Below are positions 1 through 12,359 of a DNA stretch of 64,000 bases, piece after piece; the first letter of the stretch is position 1, and every line of letters starts with the position of its first letter. The DNA is taken from NCBI GenBank assembly GCA_020137815.1, contig CM035354.1:496001-560000 (forward strand), in the 5' to 3' direction. The notes under the pieces were generated by a model, which was not told the origin of the DNA, ran no database searches, and saw only the letters and a list, made by a program, of their open reading frames with translations. Source of the DNA: Hormiphora californensis (lineage: Eukaryota > Animalia > Ctenophora). The position numbers and the translations under genes were made by a program.

Positions 1-392
1 CCAAGGTGTAGCTCTAGTCAGACAGAACCCGTCCAAAGTGTAGCTCTAGTCAGACAGAACCCGTCCAAGGTGTAGCTCTAGTCTGACAGAACCCGTCCAA
101 GGTGTAGCTCTAGTCAGACAGAACCCGTCCAAAGTGTAGCTCTAGTCAGACAGAACCCGTCCAAGGTGTAGCTCTAGTCTGACAGAACCCGTCCAAGGTG
201 TAGCTCTAGTCAGACAGAACCCGTCCAAGGTGTAGCTCTAGTCTGACAGAACCCGTCCAAGGTGTAGCTCTAGTCTGACAGAACCCGTCCAAGGTGTAGC
301 TCTAGTCTGACAGAACCCGTCCAAGGTGTAGCTCTAGTCTGACAGAACCCGTCCAAGGTGTAGCTCTAGTCTGACAGAACCCGTCCAAGGTG
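1..392. repeat. Minisatellite, 32-bp unit (CCAAGGTGTAGCTCTAGTC[A/T]GACAGAACCCGT), about 12 copies, running off the window start
   Basis: Direct head-to-tail repetition with period 32 and no spacers. Confidence 0.97.
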
Positions 393-3300
393 CAGTAGAC
401 GCTACCGTTTTAAGCTTTTTTCTGGTCAATCGATTCCTGTTCGATTTAGCGAGTGTAGAGGTGTGTGAAGGTTGGATATAATGATCACCAAGGGACTATT
501 ATATAGTCATGCAACCGTTCTGGCTTTCCGCTTTACCTTATAAAAGAAAACTGGCTCCATAGTGGTATAGTATCTGCACGAAGTCTGTTTTGAGTTAATA
601 TCATAAAAATCTAAATTTCTGCAGAAATTCTGGACTAGTTAGATCAAAAGCTGGTGTTGTTTTGGTTTTAAGTCACCTTTTTCAGTCTAACATTGCAGTT
701 AGCCTAAACAAAATTTACTTGATGTCGCAAGTTTAGAGTGGCTTTAAGGAACTCCCTAATTCTTATACGAGAAGCCATAAACAGTCGTAAATCTTACACC
801 CCCTCATTTATTCCCTTTAAAACCTGCCTCATTCTGCACTTGGTATGTGCTTTGCACAGGCGGCATTAGCTGATCTCAAAGAACTAAATTCAAGAATTTT
901 TACCATGACTCTGAGTTCATTGTGCATTAAGTCTTGTGACTCACAAGAGTTGTGGGTTGTTGTTGGTCAAGCTGCATGTATTTCCAACACTTCTGTATGT
1001 TTTGGGGGTTAGCAAGGTGTGTTTGGGAATGAAAACTAATATAATACAGCTGATATTGGCTCACCATGATGTGCGTTAGATCACACATTGTAGAACAAAA
1101 ACCCTGCTGATAAATGTGAGCTGTGTCTCTCTCGAGGGGAGCTCCCTATAATGCCACATGGGCGCATTAAATTGGATTACAACTTTATGTGCGGGGTTTG
1201 TGAGAGGGGATAGTGAAATATATAGAGACAGAACAGCTTCCTGGACGCAAACAATCACTGTCTAGTCGTGTGTAGGTAGGGATAAACCAGTGGTTTGAAA
1301 GAGAGAGAGAGAGTGGTTTATTTCCCTCTTTCTCTCCTTCACTCTCTCTCTCTCTCTCTCTTTCTCTCTCTTTCCCTCTTTCTCTCCTCTATCTTTCAGT
1401 TATCTCTTTCCGCGTTTCTGTCTGTTCATTAGTCTATTTCACGACAGTGTGTGTGTTCACACGTTTAATTTTTATGCCTGTTTCAGCTACTGAAATACAA
1501 ATCTAGGAGAGAAAGATAGATAGATAGAGAGATAGAGAGATAGAGAGATAGAGAGATAGAGAGAGACCCGAGACAGTGACAATGATAGATACAGCTGTCA
1601 TATATAGCAGTTCTGATATATGTTTCCCTCTGCTGAAAGGCTTGTGTGTGGCCTTTAGAACTAACCTGAATGATAATAGTGAAACTCCACAGCCATATCG
1701 ACTGATTGGTGAAACTCGATAAAACAGTTTGAAATAACAGTTTAGGAGAAGATGTACCGGCAACAACTGCCACTGTGTTTTCATGTATTCAAATCGAGGT
1801 CACCGCGGTACATCACCTACCCACTCCTACTATTGGTTACGACCTTCGCACGCTGGTAAGGGAGGGGTTATTTCGTAACCCACTCCTACCCACTACTACT
1901 ACTAGTTTATCTAAGTTAAAGTATGAGTGTAGTAATGTGGCCGGATACAATCAATTAGAGTAGTGACGTGTGCCATGTGCAATGTGTTTCCCACGCGTTC
2001 ACTATATATATTGCTACATCATGACAGTTGTAGTTACTCATCAATACAGCGATCTCTTTGTAACAGTATCTCTCTCACCCTCGCTCTCACCCTAGTCTCT
2101 TATCAGTCTCTCTCCCTAGTAGCAGTATGTCTCTCTCCCATCCTGTATCACCTAACAATGCAGACATGAAGTACTCTATAATTGGCTGACAGATAAGGTG
2201 TCTACCAGTGAGAGACTATCATGACCTACAAATCATCTTCAGGCGACAAGTAGTTCCATGTGTATATTAGATCGCTACCATGCACGTACATTCAATAATG
2301 AAGTGATTAAAAGGACAGACAGACAGGAAGGCGCAGCCCTTATTGTTCATAGATATGATCTTTTTTCTTGCAATATATTCTCTCATGTTGTTTCTCTTTA
2401 TATTATTCAGTATTCATTTCAAGAGTGTTTCAGTTTTTTTCTGACAAATCCTCTGCTTGACGATGTTTAAAGAGAGATAGAGAGAAAGATAGCCCGAGAT
2501 AGAGAACCATCGGCATGATAATTTACAACAGCATATTGAAATCTTTTAACTTATATTTCAAGCTCTGCGAACTAGCCAGCTTTCCTAAAATGCATCAGTT
2601 GATAATGGTCCTTTTGGAGCCAAGAGTACCCTTTAAATGGTCGAGAAATGGCTTTTTAATGCGATCCGGTGATCGTGAGTGACGTCAATTTAGATGGATC
2701 AGCTGATCAGTTGGAAAGAGTCTCTAAATGCATTCTTTAAATTCTTGGATGAGAGCTTTTACTTTTCTCCCAGATGCACCACATTATATTATCTACTTGA
2801 AAGAAATGTCACAACATTGTGAATATAATTGCTTTTTGCCAAAATATATTCGACTTATTCAGACTCGCACCTCGAGGTACATTTATAATGGGGTTAATCC
2901 AAATTCCAATTAATACATGATCTTTTCGAAGATGATTATATGTAACTGCCTAACTAAGAAACACGTGTATCAGCTGTATCTATCGAGATGATTTCTAATT
3001 CTTCTAGATCATGAATTAGTGGGACACTGATCACTGATCAGTGATCACTGATAATTCCAGTCTGATACATACAACCTGTTTACAATCATCTATTGCTGTT
3101 CATTGTCAGATCAATATCTATTGCTATTTGCTGTTCATTACCCCGCCCCTCGTCACATGCCTTGTTGGTAATTGGGTCTTCATTCATTAATGATCTTGTT
3201 TCTGTGTTCATTATCGCTATGATCTTTATTTATATCTATTATATCAGTATTGGAATGTTAAAAATCACGTACCGACGCTTTTGCATTTCGTCTTTTGCAA

Positions 3301-3532
3301 AGTGCCATTTGAAAGTTGTGTTGACCTTTGTTCGATTGAATCTGTTGGAGCTATTGAAACTATGGTAATATCTCAAACTTTACTAAATTTAATTTAATTT
3401 CCCATTTTCCAGTTATGGTCTAGGGCCTGCAGTAAACCGGAATTTCTACCAATTCCAAGTCGCCAGCCCCGTGTGTCAGTGAACAGCTTCACTCAACTAG
3501 TGTCGGAAAGTTTGTAAAACTCTCTCATCACC

Positions 3533-6500
3533 ATGGCGACCAAGAAGTCCGCGGGAGGGGTTGACATCAAGAAACTCAGGAACAAGAAACTCACCAGCAC
3601 CGAGTTCATGCAGGTTAGATCGGAGGAACTAATTTTCTTTTGTATTTGAATATGAATGAGTCTGAAACCCCTCAAAATGTTTTGGGACTATTTGCACTCA
3701 CTATAGTTCTATCGAAATGAACCTATATTTCTAGCTTGGTGTTTCTCTCCTGCAGGTTTGGTTTCATTACGATGTAGACCGCAGTGGATATTTAGAGTAC
3801 AGTGAGTTCAGCAAGTTCATGAGGGACCTCTTTCTGAAGACTGACTGTTCTGCAGAGATCACACCTGAACAGGTTAGCCATATGTTTTAATAGTGTAAGA
3901 AAATGACATGTTTTCGATGGGGACTGCAGCGTAGGCCAATAATTTCTTCTGTCGAGGACCAGTTCCAGACCGACTGAATAATCTACAACAGAGAAAGAGA
4001 GCTTTATTATATACAGTCGGACCCCGATTTACCGGGATCCTCGGGGGAAGCCATTTTGCCCGGTAAATCGGGGTGCCCGGTATATCGGGGTAGAGCATAT
4101 TTGACCCATAAATCCTACTTTTGTCCAAAATTCTATACCAAGACACCTCTAACTGTATAGTATACATTTATTGATGACAATATGATCATTGCTTCTGTCA
4201 TTAGAAATAGAAAATTTAAAAAATTCAAAAAAAAATTGTAAAAACTTTTTCTAAGGTAAACCACCCCGACCGAGTCCGAATCGTGTTTCGAATCGGTGCA
4301 TCTTATCGCATGTCCTGCCGCTAATTAGACGGTTCGAAACGAACCGATACGTGATCCCCATTAGACCTAACGAATTGCAAATGCAAGTTTACCAACCGGC
4401 CAAACTTCGAAAATTTTCCAAAAAAAATCGGGGGAAAGAAATCCTCCCGGTAAATCGGGGTCCGACTGTAATTACTTCCTCAAGCTGGTTGTAAACTGGT
4501 TACAAACTGGATATTTTCTAGTTACCTAGTTTTCTGCTTTTGCTTTTACTTTTTTGGCAGCGGAACAGAACTTACTGTAGAATAAAAAACAAAAGCAGTG
4601 GTCACTGACACTCGATCTAAATTGAAGGAATTTCACAGTTTTACTCCATAATGATTTGCACAATGCCGATCGGCACTAACAATCGGTTGATTCTTTTCGC
4701 TCTATGTCCTACATAAAGATCGTGAAACAAGTCATCATGATAATCTGCCTCTCGTTTCAGGTCGAGAAATACACAGCGGAGGTTATTCACATAATGGACA
4801 CTTACGACGAAAATAGGGATGGACGATTCGAGATGAACGAACTAGCTAAAGCACTTAAGATCGAGGAAAACTACCTCAATAAGATTATCAATAAGAAGTC
4901 AATCAAGGATAAGCACATCCAGGTTCGGTTTTACAGCTCCCATGATATCATGGTTGTTGACTATTTCAGTTGTTACACTCACGCAGCTCAGTGTGGAACA
5001 CAATGATGTAGAATTCATTCACCAATATCACCATGGTAATGACACCTATACCAATGATGTAGAATTCATTCACCAAGATCACCATGGTAATGACACCTAT
5101 ACCAATGATGTAGAATTCATTCACCAAGATCACCATGGTAATGACACCTATACCAATGATGTAGAATTCATTCACCAAGGTCACCATGGTAATGACACCT
5201 ATACCAATGATGTAGAATTCATTCACCAAGATCACCATGGTAATGACACCTATACCAATGATGTAGAATTCATTCACCAAGATCACCATGGTAATAATGA
5301 CACCTATACCAATGATGTAGAATTCATTCACCAAGATCACCATGGTAATGACACCTATACCAATGATGTAGAATTCATTCACCAAGATCACCATGGTAAT
5401 GACACCTATACCAATGATGTAGAATTCATTCACCAAGATCACCATGGTAATGACACCCCTATACCTACTTGACAGAAAATTCTGACGCACTACAACTCCA
5501 ACGTGGACAATACAATTGAAGGACCTGAACTGTGTGCCTTTGTTGGGGACATCGCCCGATCTTTTAATCTTAACCTTGCTCTCTCGGTTATTAATTCAGG
5601 AGTTGCCTTTGTCAAAGTATGCAGGGCTAAGTGCAGCTACTGTGCATGTGTTTACTGTGTGTGTACGCCTTTAACATATATTGTGCTTCAAAATGTATGC
5701 TAACAAGCCCCACGTCTAACGTTCAGTCCACTATCTGCAGAATATCTGCATTTATTTGCAGAATCTCAGTTCAAGGGTGTAATTTCCCTAGTAATAACTC
5801 ATTGTGCTGGAAGTGTTGTGGCTGAGAAGTTCCTCGTAATTGTGTACTTATATTTCCCATGTCGTTTGCATGCTACAAGCCCAGTGGTGCTCGATTGCTT
5901 AACGTTCAAATTGAATTGGCCGTTCAAAAAATCTTTGCCGTTGGAAAATTTCAGTAAAAAATGTAAAATTTATATGCGGGAATCGAACCCGGGACCTTGC
6001 GTGTGGTAAGTATGGCGCCTTAGCCACTCGGCCACATCGGAGATGTGTAACTACGTTTTTTAACGTCTTTATACCTTATTCGTGTCACTAATACTCACTA
6101 GACCTATGAAATCAATTGACTCTATCTTACCGATCTACCGCCTATCTACGGTTCTAAACTGTTCATTAGACCACACTTAGTCACAAATGGGGTTTGGTTT
6201 TGGTTGTTTTGAATTTTAACTCATCAAATAAGCCATTTTGTTAAATTTTGACCAAGTCTCACTAGACCTATGAAATCAATTGACTCTATCTTACCGATCT
6301 ACCGCCTATCTACAGTTCTAAACTGTTCATTAGACCACACTTAGTCACAAATGGGGTTTGGTTTTGGTTGTTTTGAATTTTAACTCATCAAATAAGCCAT
6401 TTTGTCAAATTTTGACTAAGTCTCACTAGACCTATGAAATCAATTGACTCTATCTTACCGATCTACCGCCTATCTACGGTTCTAAACTGTTCATTAGACC

Positions 6501-7270
6501 ACACTTAGTCACAAATGGGGTTTGGTTTTGGTTGTTTTGAATTTTAACTCATCAAATAAGCCATTTTGTCAAATTTTGACTAAGTCTCACTAGACCTATG
6601 AAATCAATTGACTCTATCTTACCGATCTACCGCCTATCTACGGTTCTAAACTGTTCATTAGACCACACTTAGTCACCAATGGGGCTTGGTTTATGTTATT
6701 GTGAATTTTGCCGTTCAGATGAGCTATTTTCTTCAAATTTTGCCGTTCAAAATATTTTGATAGAGTTAAGATTTTCAATCGAGCACCACTGGGGCTACAA
6801 GTACATTAGAAATAGCTAATTTCCAACCTGGACCCCAATGAAGAACGGCTTAGATCCAAGATTCTAACGATACTCGCTTTATTTGTTTGTCGACGCCCCC
6901 TTTAACGATCTTTTTCCAAGCCCCTCCGTTGGTGTTATTTGTGTATTCTGCTGTACAAATATGCATAGTTGTGCATATATCGCTGCCGACAGTATTCTCT
7001 AGAGCATTTTTATTGTTGCCTGCATGGTAACATCATAGTTGCTATGGTAACATTATAGTTGCTATGGTAACATTATAGTTGCTATGGTAACATTATAGTT
7101 GCTATGGCAACACTATTTTGCATGTGTTGCTACCGACTGCAGCTGGTACAGCTAACATGACTCGAAACCCTCGACAGGAGACAGTGGGAACTGAGTATGT
7201 GGACGTGAGTGCGATCAGGACACTTCTATCACCGGCATCCCTGGAGAAAATGAAAGCAGCATTGAAGTGA
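3533..7270 (+). CDS. Calbindin/calretinin/secretagogin-like EF-hand protein, isoform A (exons 3533-3613, 3756-3872, 4761-4922, 5476-5616, 7178-7270)
   Basis: All junctions are GT-AG and phase 0. Translation: MATKK...LTSTEFMQ|VWFHYDVDRSGYLEYSEFSKFMRDL...|VEKYT...TYDENRDGRFEMNELAKALKIEENYL...|KILTHYNSNVDNTIEGPELCAFVGDI...|ETVGTEYVD...ALK*. It has canonical EF loops plus the family-typical 'EENYL/EENFL' linker. Confidence 0.85.
4014..4468. mobile_element. Tc1/mariner-pogo-type MITE (intronic)
   Basis: TIR CAGTCGGACCCCGATTTACCGGG / CCCGGTAAATCGGGGTCCGACTG flanked by TA on both sides. A second family member lies at 59342-60176. Confidence 0.9.
5001..5465. repeat. Intronic minisatellite, 51-bp unit x9, ending about 10 nt before the 3' splice site at 5475
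   Basis: Unit CAATGATGTAGAATTCATTCACCAAGATCACCATGGTAATGACACCTATAC. Confidence 0.95.
5880..6793. mobile_element. Non-autonomous DNA transposon with 18-bp TIR and 8-bp TSD, carrying a tRNA-like segment and a 164-bp tandem array
   Basis: TIR CCCAGTGGTGCTCGATTG / CAATCGAGCACCACTGGG; TSD GCTACAAG at 5872-5879 and 6794-6801; 164-bp units start at 6094, 6258, 6422 and 6586. Confidence 0.9.
5975..6042 (-). pseudogene. tRNA-derived (Val-like) sequence with Pol III A and B boxes, inside the transposon
   Basis: The minus strand reads TCCGATGTGGCCGAGTGGCTAAGGCG...ACACGCAAGGTCCCGGGTTCGATTCCCGCA: A box TGGCCGAGTGG, B box GGTTCGATTCC, intact T-arm, but poor anticodon and acceptor stems. Confidence 0.7.
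7021..7115. repeat. 20-bp tandem repeat (GTTGCTATGGTAACATTATA), about 4.5 copies, intronic
   Basis: Direct repetition upstream of exon 7178. Confidence 0.9.
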
Positions 7271-7537
7271 TCTGGATAAACTCTGGATATTATATTCCTT
7301 CCTTTTTTCTATGAAATCAACCCTCCTGATCTCAAAATCTTTTTTGTGATAATTGTGTTAAAATTAAACTGTTTTGAAGAATTTAGGTTGCGTTTTGGAG
7401 TATGTTTAAAGTTTAAACTTTGAATTAATCACAAGAAATCAACAGCACTATCACCACTATAATACTAGTGTACTAATTCACAATAAACCACAAATCAAAA
7501 GGATGGTATATCTAACACTGGTGTCTCATTATTTCAG

Positions 7538-7990
7538 TCAATCTTGAAGCACTACGATTCCGACGAAAATTCCAATTTGGAGGGATGTGAGTTGAAGGCG
7601 TTCGTGGGAGATTTAGTCAGATCAACAACAGATATTCCATACAACTTTGCTATGATTGAGCAGGCATGCAACTTGATCACAGTAAGTATATCAAATCATA
7701 TCAGACATCGATTTAGTCCTCGGTAATTCGCCAAATATGATCTGTTAGATACAGCTGTTTAGTGACCTTCATGGGGTTCAGATATTTTCTCTCTCTCTAT
7801 AGTTATCTGACCTCTCCTACATCTAACCCCAACAACTCCTCAACAGGAAATGGCGGGAGATGAAAAGTTAACAATCCAATCGCTGAAACTGATCCTCGAT
7901 CTGGACAATAGGGAAAGGTTCCATCGGAAACTCAGTGAACAGATCAAAGTTCTACCTGCCGGATCGGCTGCCAGTGGAGCTAAACGATAA
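7538..7990 (+). CDS. Alternative terminal exon pair (7538-7681, 7847-7990) of the same EF-hand gene, isoform B
   Basis: Phase-0 AG/GT-bounded exons SILKHYDSDENSNLEGCELKAFVGDLVRS...|EMAGDEKLTIQSLKLIL...AKR*, paralogous to exons 5476-5616 and 7178-7270. They have no start exon of their own. Confidence 0.8.
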
Positions 7991-8490
7991 AAATTAAAAA
8001 GATATTACCACAATATATCTATAGTATCGGACCACTCTCTCGTTGAGATTATCATGACACAGGCCACCGCAGATCGCACGCGACAGATAGCGCCCACCAA
8101 ATATATATTCTACCCGGGTTAGGAGTGAAAAGGTCTACTGACTAGCGGCCTCGTCCCAAAGGAGCAATTTGAATAAAAACTTATGCAAGAAGGGGATGAG
8201 AAATGTTGATTTTGTATCACAGGGACGCTGTTTTTTGGATGAGAGAGAATTCTGAAACAATTTACGTGCTTTATACAACTGGAAAAGCAATCATTTAAAT
8301 GCGTTAGAGGAGTTAGTTTCATGTGTGTGAGAGAGAGAGAGGGGAAGATTGGAAAAAGGAGACCCTCTGCAACTACTCTTGAAGCTATGTTTTTACTTTT
8401 TTCAGCTTTTACCTAGTTCTACGAGATGTAAATTTTGTAAAAAGAGTTTATACTTTCTGAGAGTTTTGTAAATACGAGTCTCACTGTCAT

Positions 8491-8703
8491 GGTGCTTGTA
8501 GTGGAGATACGGTAATGGCGGATACCGTAATGGTACGGACTTTGCATAACACGCAAGTACTTTTGTCAAAAAGCTTTTAAAATTGAATTTGGTCAGCACG
8601 TCATAGCGTGTTCATTGGCCCCGCTTCTCGTCGTCTAACCGTGTTGAACTGACACCGTGACACCGTGTCGTACCGATACCGTATTCTCACTACTGCAAGC
8701 ACC
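8491..8703. mobile_element. About 200-bp MITE (family also at 12177-12359 and partially at about 10190-10335)
   Basis: Imperfect TIR GTGCTTGTAGTGGAGATACGGTA / TACCGTATTCTCACTACTGCAAGCAC. The internal sequence is shared with the 12177 copy. Confidence 0.75.
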
Positions 8704-8774
8704 CATGTTACTTTGTGAACCAAGTAAAGAATTCTTTAACTACTTAAGTAGTTCAAGTGACGTCACTGGCCAAG

Positions 8775-8942
8775 CAGTCATCCTGATGAGAGTGAAGTCC
8801 TTGTGCACAGGAGGCAGTCAGCCTGATGAGAGTGAAGTCCTTGCGCACAGGAGGCAGTCAGCCTGATGAGAGTGAAGTCCTTGCGCACAGGAGGCAGTCA
8901 GCGTGATGAGAGTGAAGTCCTTGCGCACAGGAGGCAGTCAGC
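8775..8942. repeat. 40-bp tandem repeat x4
   Basis: Unit GCCTGATGAGAGTGAAGTCCTTGCGCACAGGAGGCAGTCA at 8821, 8861 and 8901, plus a variant first copy. Confidence 0.95.
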
Positions 8943-9313
8943 AATTGATGCCCGATTGACACCAAGTAGATTTTACAGTCTCGTTTCACCTCCAAGTCCT
9001 AATATTACCGAGCGGTTTCGTAAGGCGTGGCTTCGAATGTTTCTTTGGGGAGTTTTATGTGGTCAGGGCCCCTTTTGAGTTTCAAACACTAATTGTTGAG
9101 TAGTTACGGGGTAGTTACTGAACAATCAACGACCAGATGCAGCATTAAAATATCATTCCCTTAATTCGGAAGCCTGCTTACATTTATGGGCGCCCTCGAA
9201 TATATATAATACAGGGTTGTACGTCAGAGACCACACAAAGACTAAGAGAGAGATTTAGCTCCCCCTTGACCCTTGTCATTAATCGGTTACAGACGGTGGT
9301 GCAAGAGCATCAC

Positions 9314-9427
<114 letters not shown>

Positions 9428-9747
9428 CTCATTTCATTCCCTGACCCTTGTTGCAGTGTGCTGATTTAGTCAGAAAACAATGGTAGTTTTAGTTCTTTGG
9501 AAGCTTGCCAAAACATTTAAAGCAAGCATTTTAAAGCATTTTGCCAACAAATTTCACCTTTGCCTGGGAATTCCAGTTATGGCGACCGCCATACCAGCCA
9601 TATCCGTGTGGGCTGTGCATGTCTCTCACTTTAACGTTTTGTAGCTATTATAGTTGTGCGAGGTGAGCAGGTGTTACTTCTAGGGAGCTGTTCCCCCTTA
9701 GAGGGGATAAAAACTCCCTCAATCTGTGGGGGGTCTTTATACTACTA

Positions 9748-9778
<31 letters not shown>

Positions 9779-9779
9779 C

Positions 9780-9816
<37 letters not shown>

Positions 9817-10516
9817 TCGGCCCACTTCTTCCCTAGACATTCGTGGTGGTCAAGTGCTTTCTCTCTCGCCCTCTTACCACGAGCGTTAATCCCTTCAGGT
9901 GTTGTTACTCTGCACCGCGTCCCTTTATTTTCGCCAGCTCCCCCTCTCTCTCACTGTGTCGATTATTCAATCACTGAATCTCGCACAATCACAGCTTTTC
10001 TTTGCTCAGTGAGCAATGCTTGCACAGCTTCACTGACACACCTTGATACATCTCACCATGGAGAGAGATACGGCCTTATATAACAGTAATCACAATATAT
10101 ATCGAATCTTGATGACATACCTAGCTCCTAGAATTGAGGCAGCCCATGATGATATTCTGAGCATTATTATGAAGTTTTTATGGTTAATGAAAATACAGTA
10201 AGGAGACGCGCACGGTGCATAACGCGCAGCAAAAAGTTTATGTGTCAGCACGTACTAGCGCCCTGATTGGTCACGGTTGCGCGTCGTCTTACTGTATCTT
10301 TCGTTTTCCATTACCGTTTTCGCACTACAAGCGACCGTGTTACAACTTCAGGATTTTTGATTTACATGTTATGTTTTAGGCGGGGGCCGGGGAAACATAG
10401 TACATAATTATGAAACATAATGCAGTTATTCTTGTTGATTTACATTTTATGTGCATTTAAATATTCATACATTATGTTTGATTCCCCTTAGTTTAGGGGC
10501 AACTGAGACTGACTGG

Positions 10517-10996
10517 CAAGGCCTCATTAGCTCTTGTTGTGGGGTGCGGCAGAGAGAGGGTCGAACAAGGCCTCATTAGCTCTTGTTGTGTTCAAAAATT
10601 TGTGGGGTGCGGCAGAGAGAGGGTCGAACAAGGCCTCATTAGCTCCAGATTCCAAAAGGTAAAGGTGTCAGAATGTCAGATGAAAGAGGATGAACATTAG
10701 ATCCCCATCGCTTTGTTTGTGAGCGTACTACCCCTGGCTGACGTCAAAACAAACAAACCCCTGGCCGGTTCCTAAGACGTCGAAACAAACAAACCCCTGG
10801 CCGGTTCCTTTGACGTCAAACAAACAAACCCCTGTTCGGTTCCTAAGACGTCAAAACAAACAAACCCCTGGCCGGTTCCTAACAAGTCAAAACAAACAAA
10901 CCCCTGGCCGGTTCCTAAGATGTCGAAAAAACCAACCCCTGGCCGGCCGTCAATGATTTTCAGAGCCTTGTATTGCCTTGCTCAACCCTCTCTCGC
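10517..10996. repeat. Composite repeat: duplicated CAAGGCCTCATTAGCTC block plus a ~36-bp tandem array (CCCCTGGCCGGTTCCTAAGACGTCAAAACAAACAAA x6); probable non-autonomous element
   Basis: Direct repeats are visible. The right end resembles the reverse complement of a sequence at about 32533-32566. Confidence 0.6.
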
Positions 10997-12176
10997 CTTA
11001 GCACCATAATTGCTACCTATTCTCGCTTGTATGTGAGATTGATCTCAGTCGCACGCGATGTCCATCTCACACAACCCACAGGTGTCCATGTCACCAATCT
11101 ATCGCCGCACCATCGTTTAGTAAAGGAGACCGGGAGGTTTAGAGCATAATAAGCTGTCATACGTTTTGAATATTATACGATCAATAGAGGTATTGTACGG
11201 TTTATGGCTTAATCGCTCCCTTCTAACCTAAGCCCCTCAAATACAAAGTGGGGTTAAGCTTCTTGATGCTGGTGACAAATAGCGGTCTTAGTACTACGAA
11301 TTCTTTAGAATTTTCTGTTTTTCTCTTCTTTTTTTTTTGTTAAAAAATGGTAAAAGAAAAATTTTCTCTTTGTTCTTCTCCTATTTTTCTTTGTGTGGAC
11401 TGTGGCTCACACTGCATTAGGCAGTTTACATTTTTCTCGCCTTTAGTGATTGATGGCACCAGGCACAGTCACCTCTCTAGACGGGCCTTGTTTTGCTGCG
11501 CTATGCACGGAAGTTGTAAGGGTGACTGCGTCACCAACTTTAAAGAGACAAATTTCTTACTCAATTATTATTCACAAGTCGTACATGGAAAGTGTTCAAT
11601 GAAATCAATCAATACAAATACGGTAGACATGGTTTGTTGGTTTGGTAGTTGATCTGAAATGGAAGTGGGACCCAATTATAATATGGTTAATTAGTTATTG
11701 CATGTCCAATGAAGGCTAAAGAAATTATTAAATACCCCTTTTTTACACGTGTGACGTGTGTACTGTGCATGTATTGACCTGTCAAGTTAATTCTCTGACA
11801 GTGGTTCTCGCATGCTCTGAAAGAAATGAGAATAGGGTCAAGCCAGTGATACTTTGACAGGCTTTGATTGTTATATAATCTGTGTTCTGGTTACCATGGT
11901 TACAGGTTAGTGGTTACCATGGTTACAGGTTACCGCAGTAACCAGCTGTTCCTTACCTTCGGACAAGCTATTAACTTTGAACCAACATGCCCAAAATGGC
12001 ATAAAGTCATGTGAATCAAATGGTGGAATTAGTATTTATGTGGATTCGTGGATCGTGGATAAATTTTCGAATCCACTATTAGTTATCCACGTTTGTCGTT
12101 TGCTAATACCCTGTCAGGGCATATTCTCACTTCTTTCGATCCCGAGGGAACCGCAGTCAGAGCAGGCCTGACAGTG

Positions 12177-12359
12177 GTGCTTGTAGTGGAGAGATACGGT
12201 AATGGTGGATACGGTAATGGTGCGAACTTTGCATAACACGCTTTTGTCAAAAAGTTTAATTTGTTCAGCACGTTATAGCGTGTTGATTCAGCTTGCACGT
12301 CTCCTTACCGTTTTTCAGACCAAAACGGTTGTTCATTACCGTTTTCTCACTACGAGCAC
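12177..12359. mobile_element. MITE, same family as 8491-8703
   Basis: TIR GTGCTTGTAGTGGAGAGATACGGTAATG / CATTACCGTTTTCTCACTACGAGCAC. Confidence 0.75.

Noticed and set aside
1-392. CRISPR-like array (32-bp repeats); likewise 8775-8942 and 10729-10945
   Set aside because: The units are contiguous with no unique spacers, there are no cas genes, and the context is eukaryotic.
4942-5490. His/Asp-rich repeat protein (176 aa) and its antisense hydrophobic repeat ORF
   Set aside because: Both are translations of a 51-bp (3n) intronic minisatellite lying between phase-compatible EF-hand exons.
5975-6042. Functional tRNA gene
   Set aside because: The acceptor and anticodon stems do not pair properly and it lies inside a transposon; kept only as tRNA-derived.
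8783-8920. Tandem minimal hammerhead ribozymes (CTGATGAG...GAA)
   Set aside because: The core reads GAAG rather than GAAA, and I could not build stems I-III.
9077-9100. Second spliced-leader relic (GAGTTTCAAAC...TTGAG)
   Set aside because: Only an 11-nt match, too short overall and not linked to a gene start.
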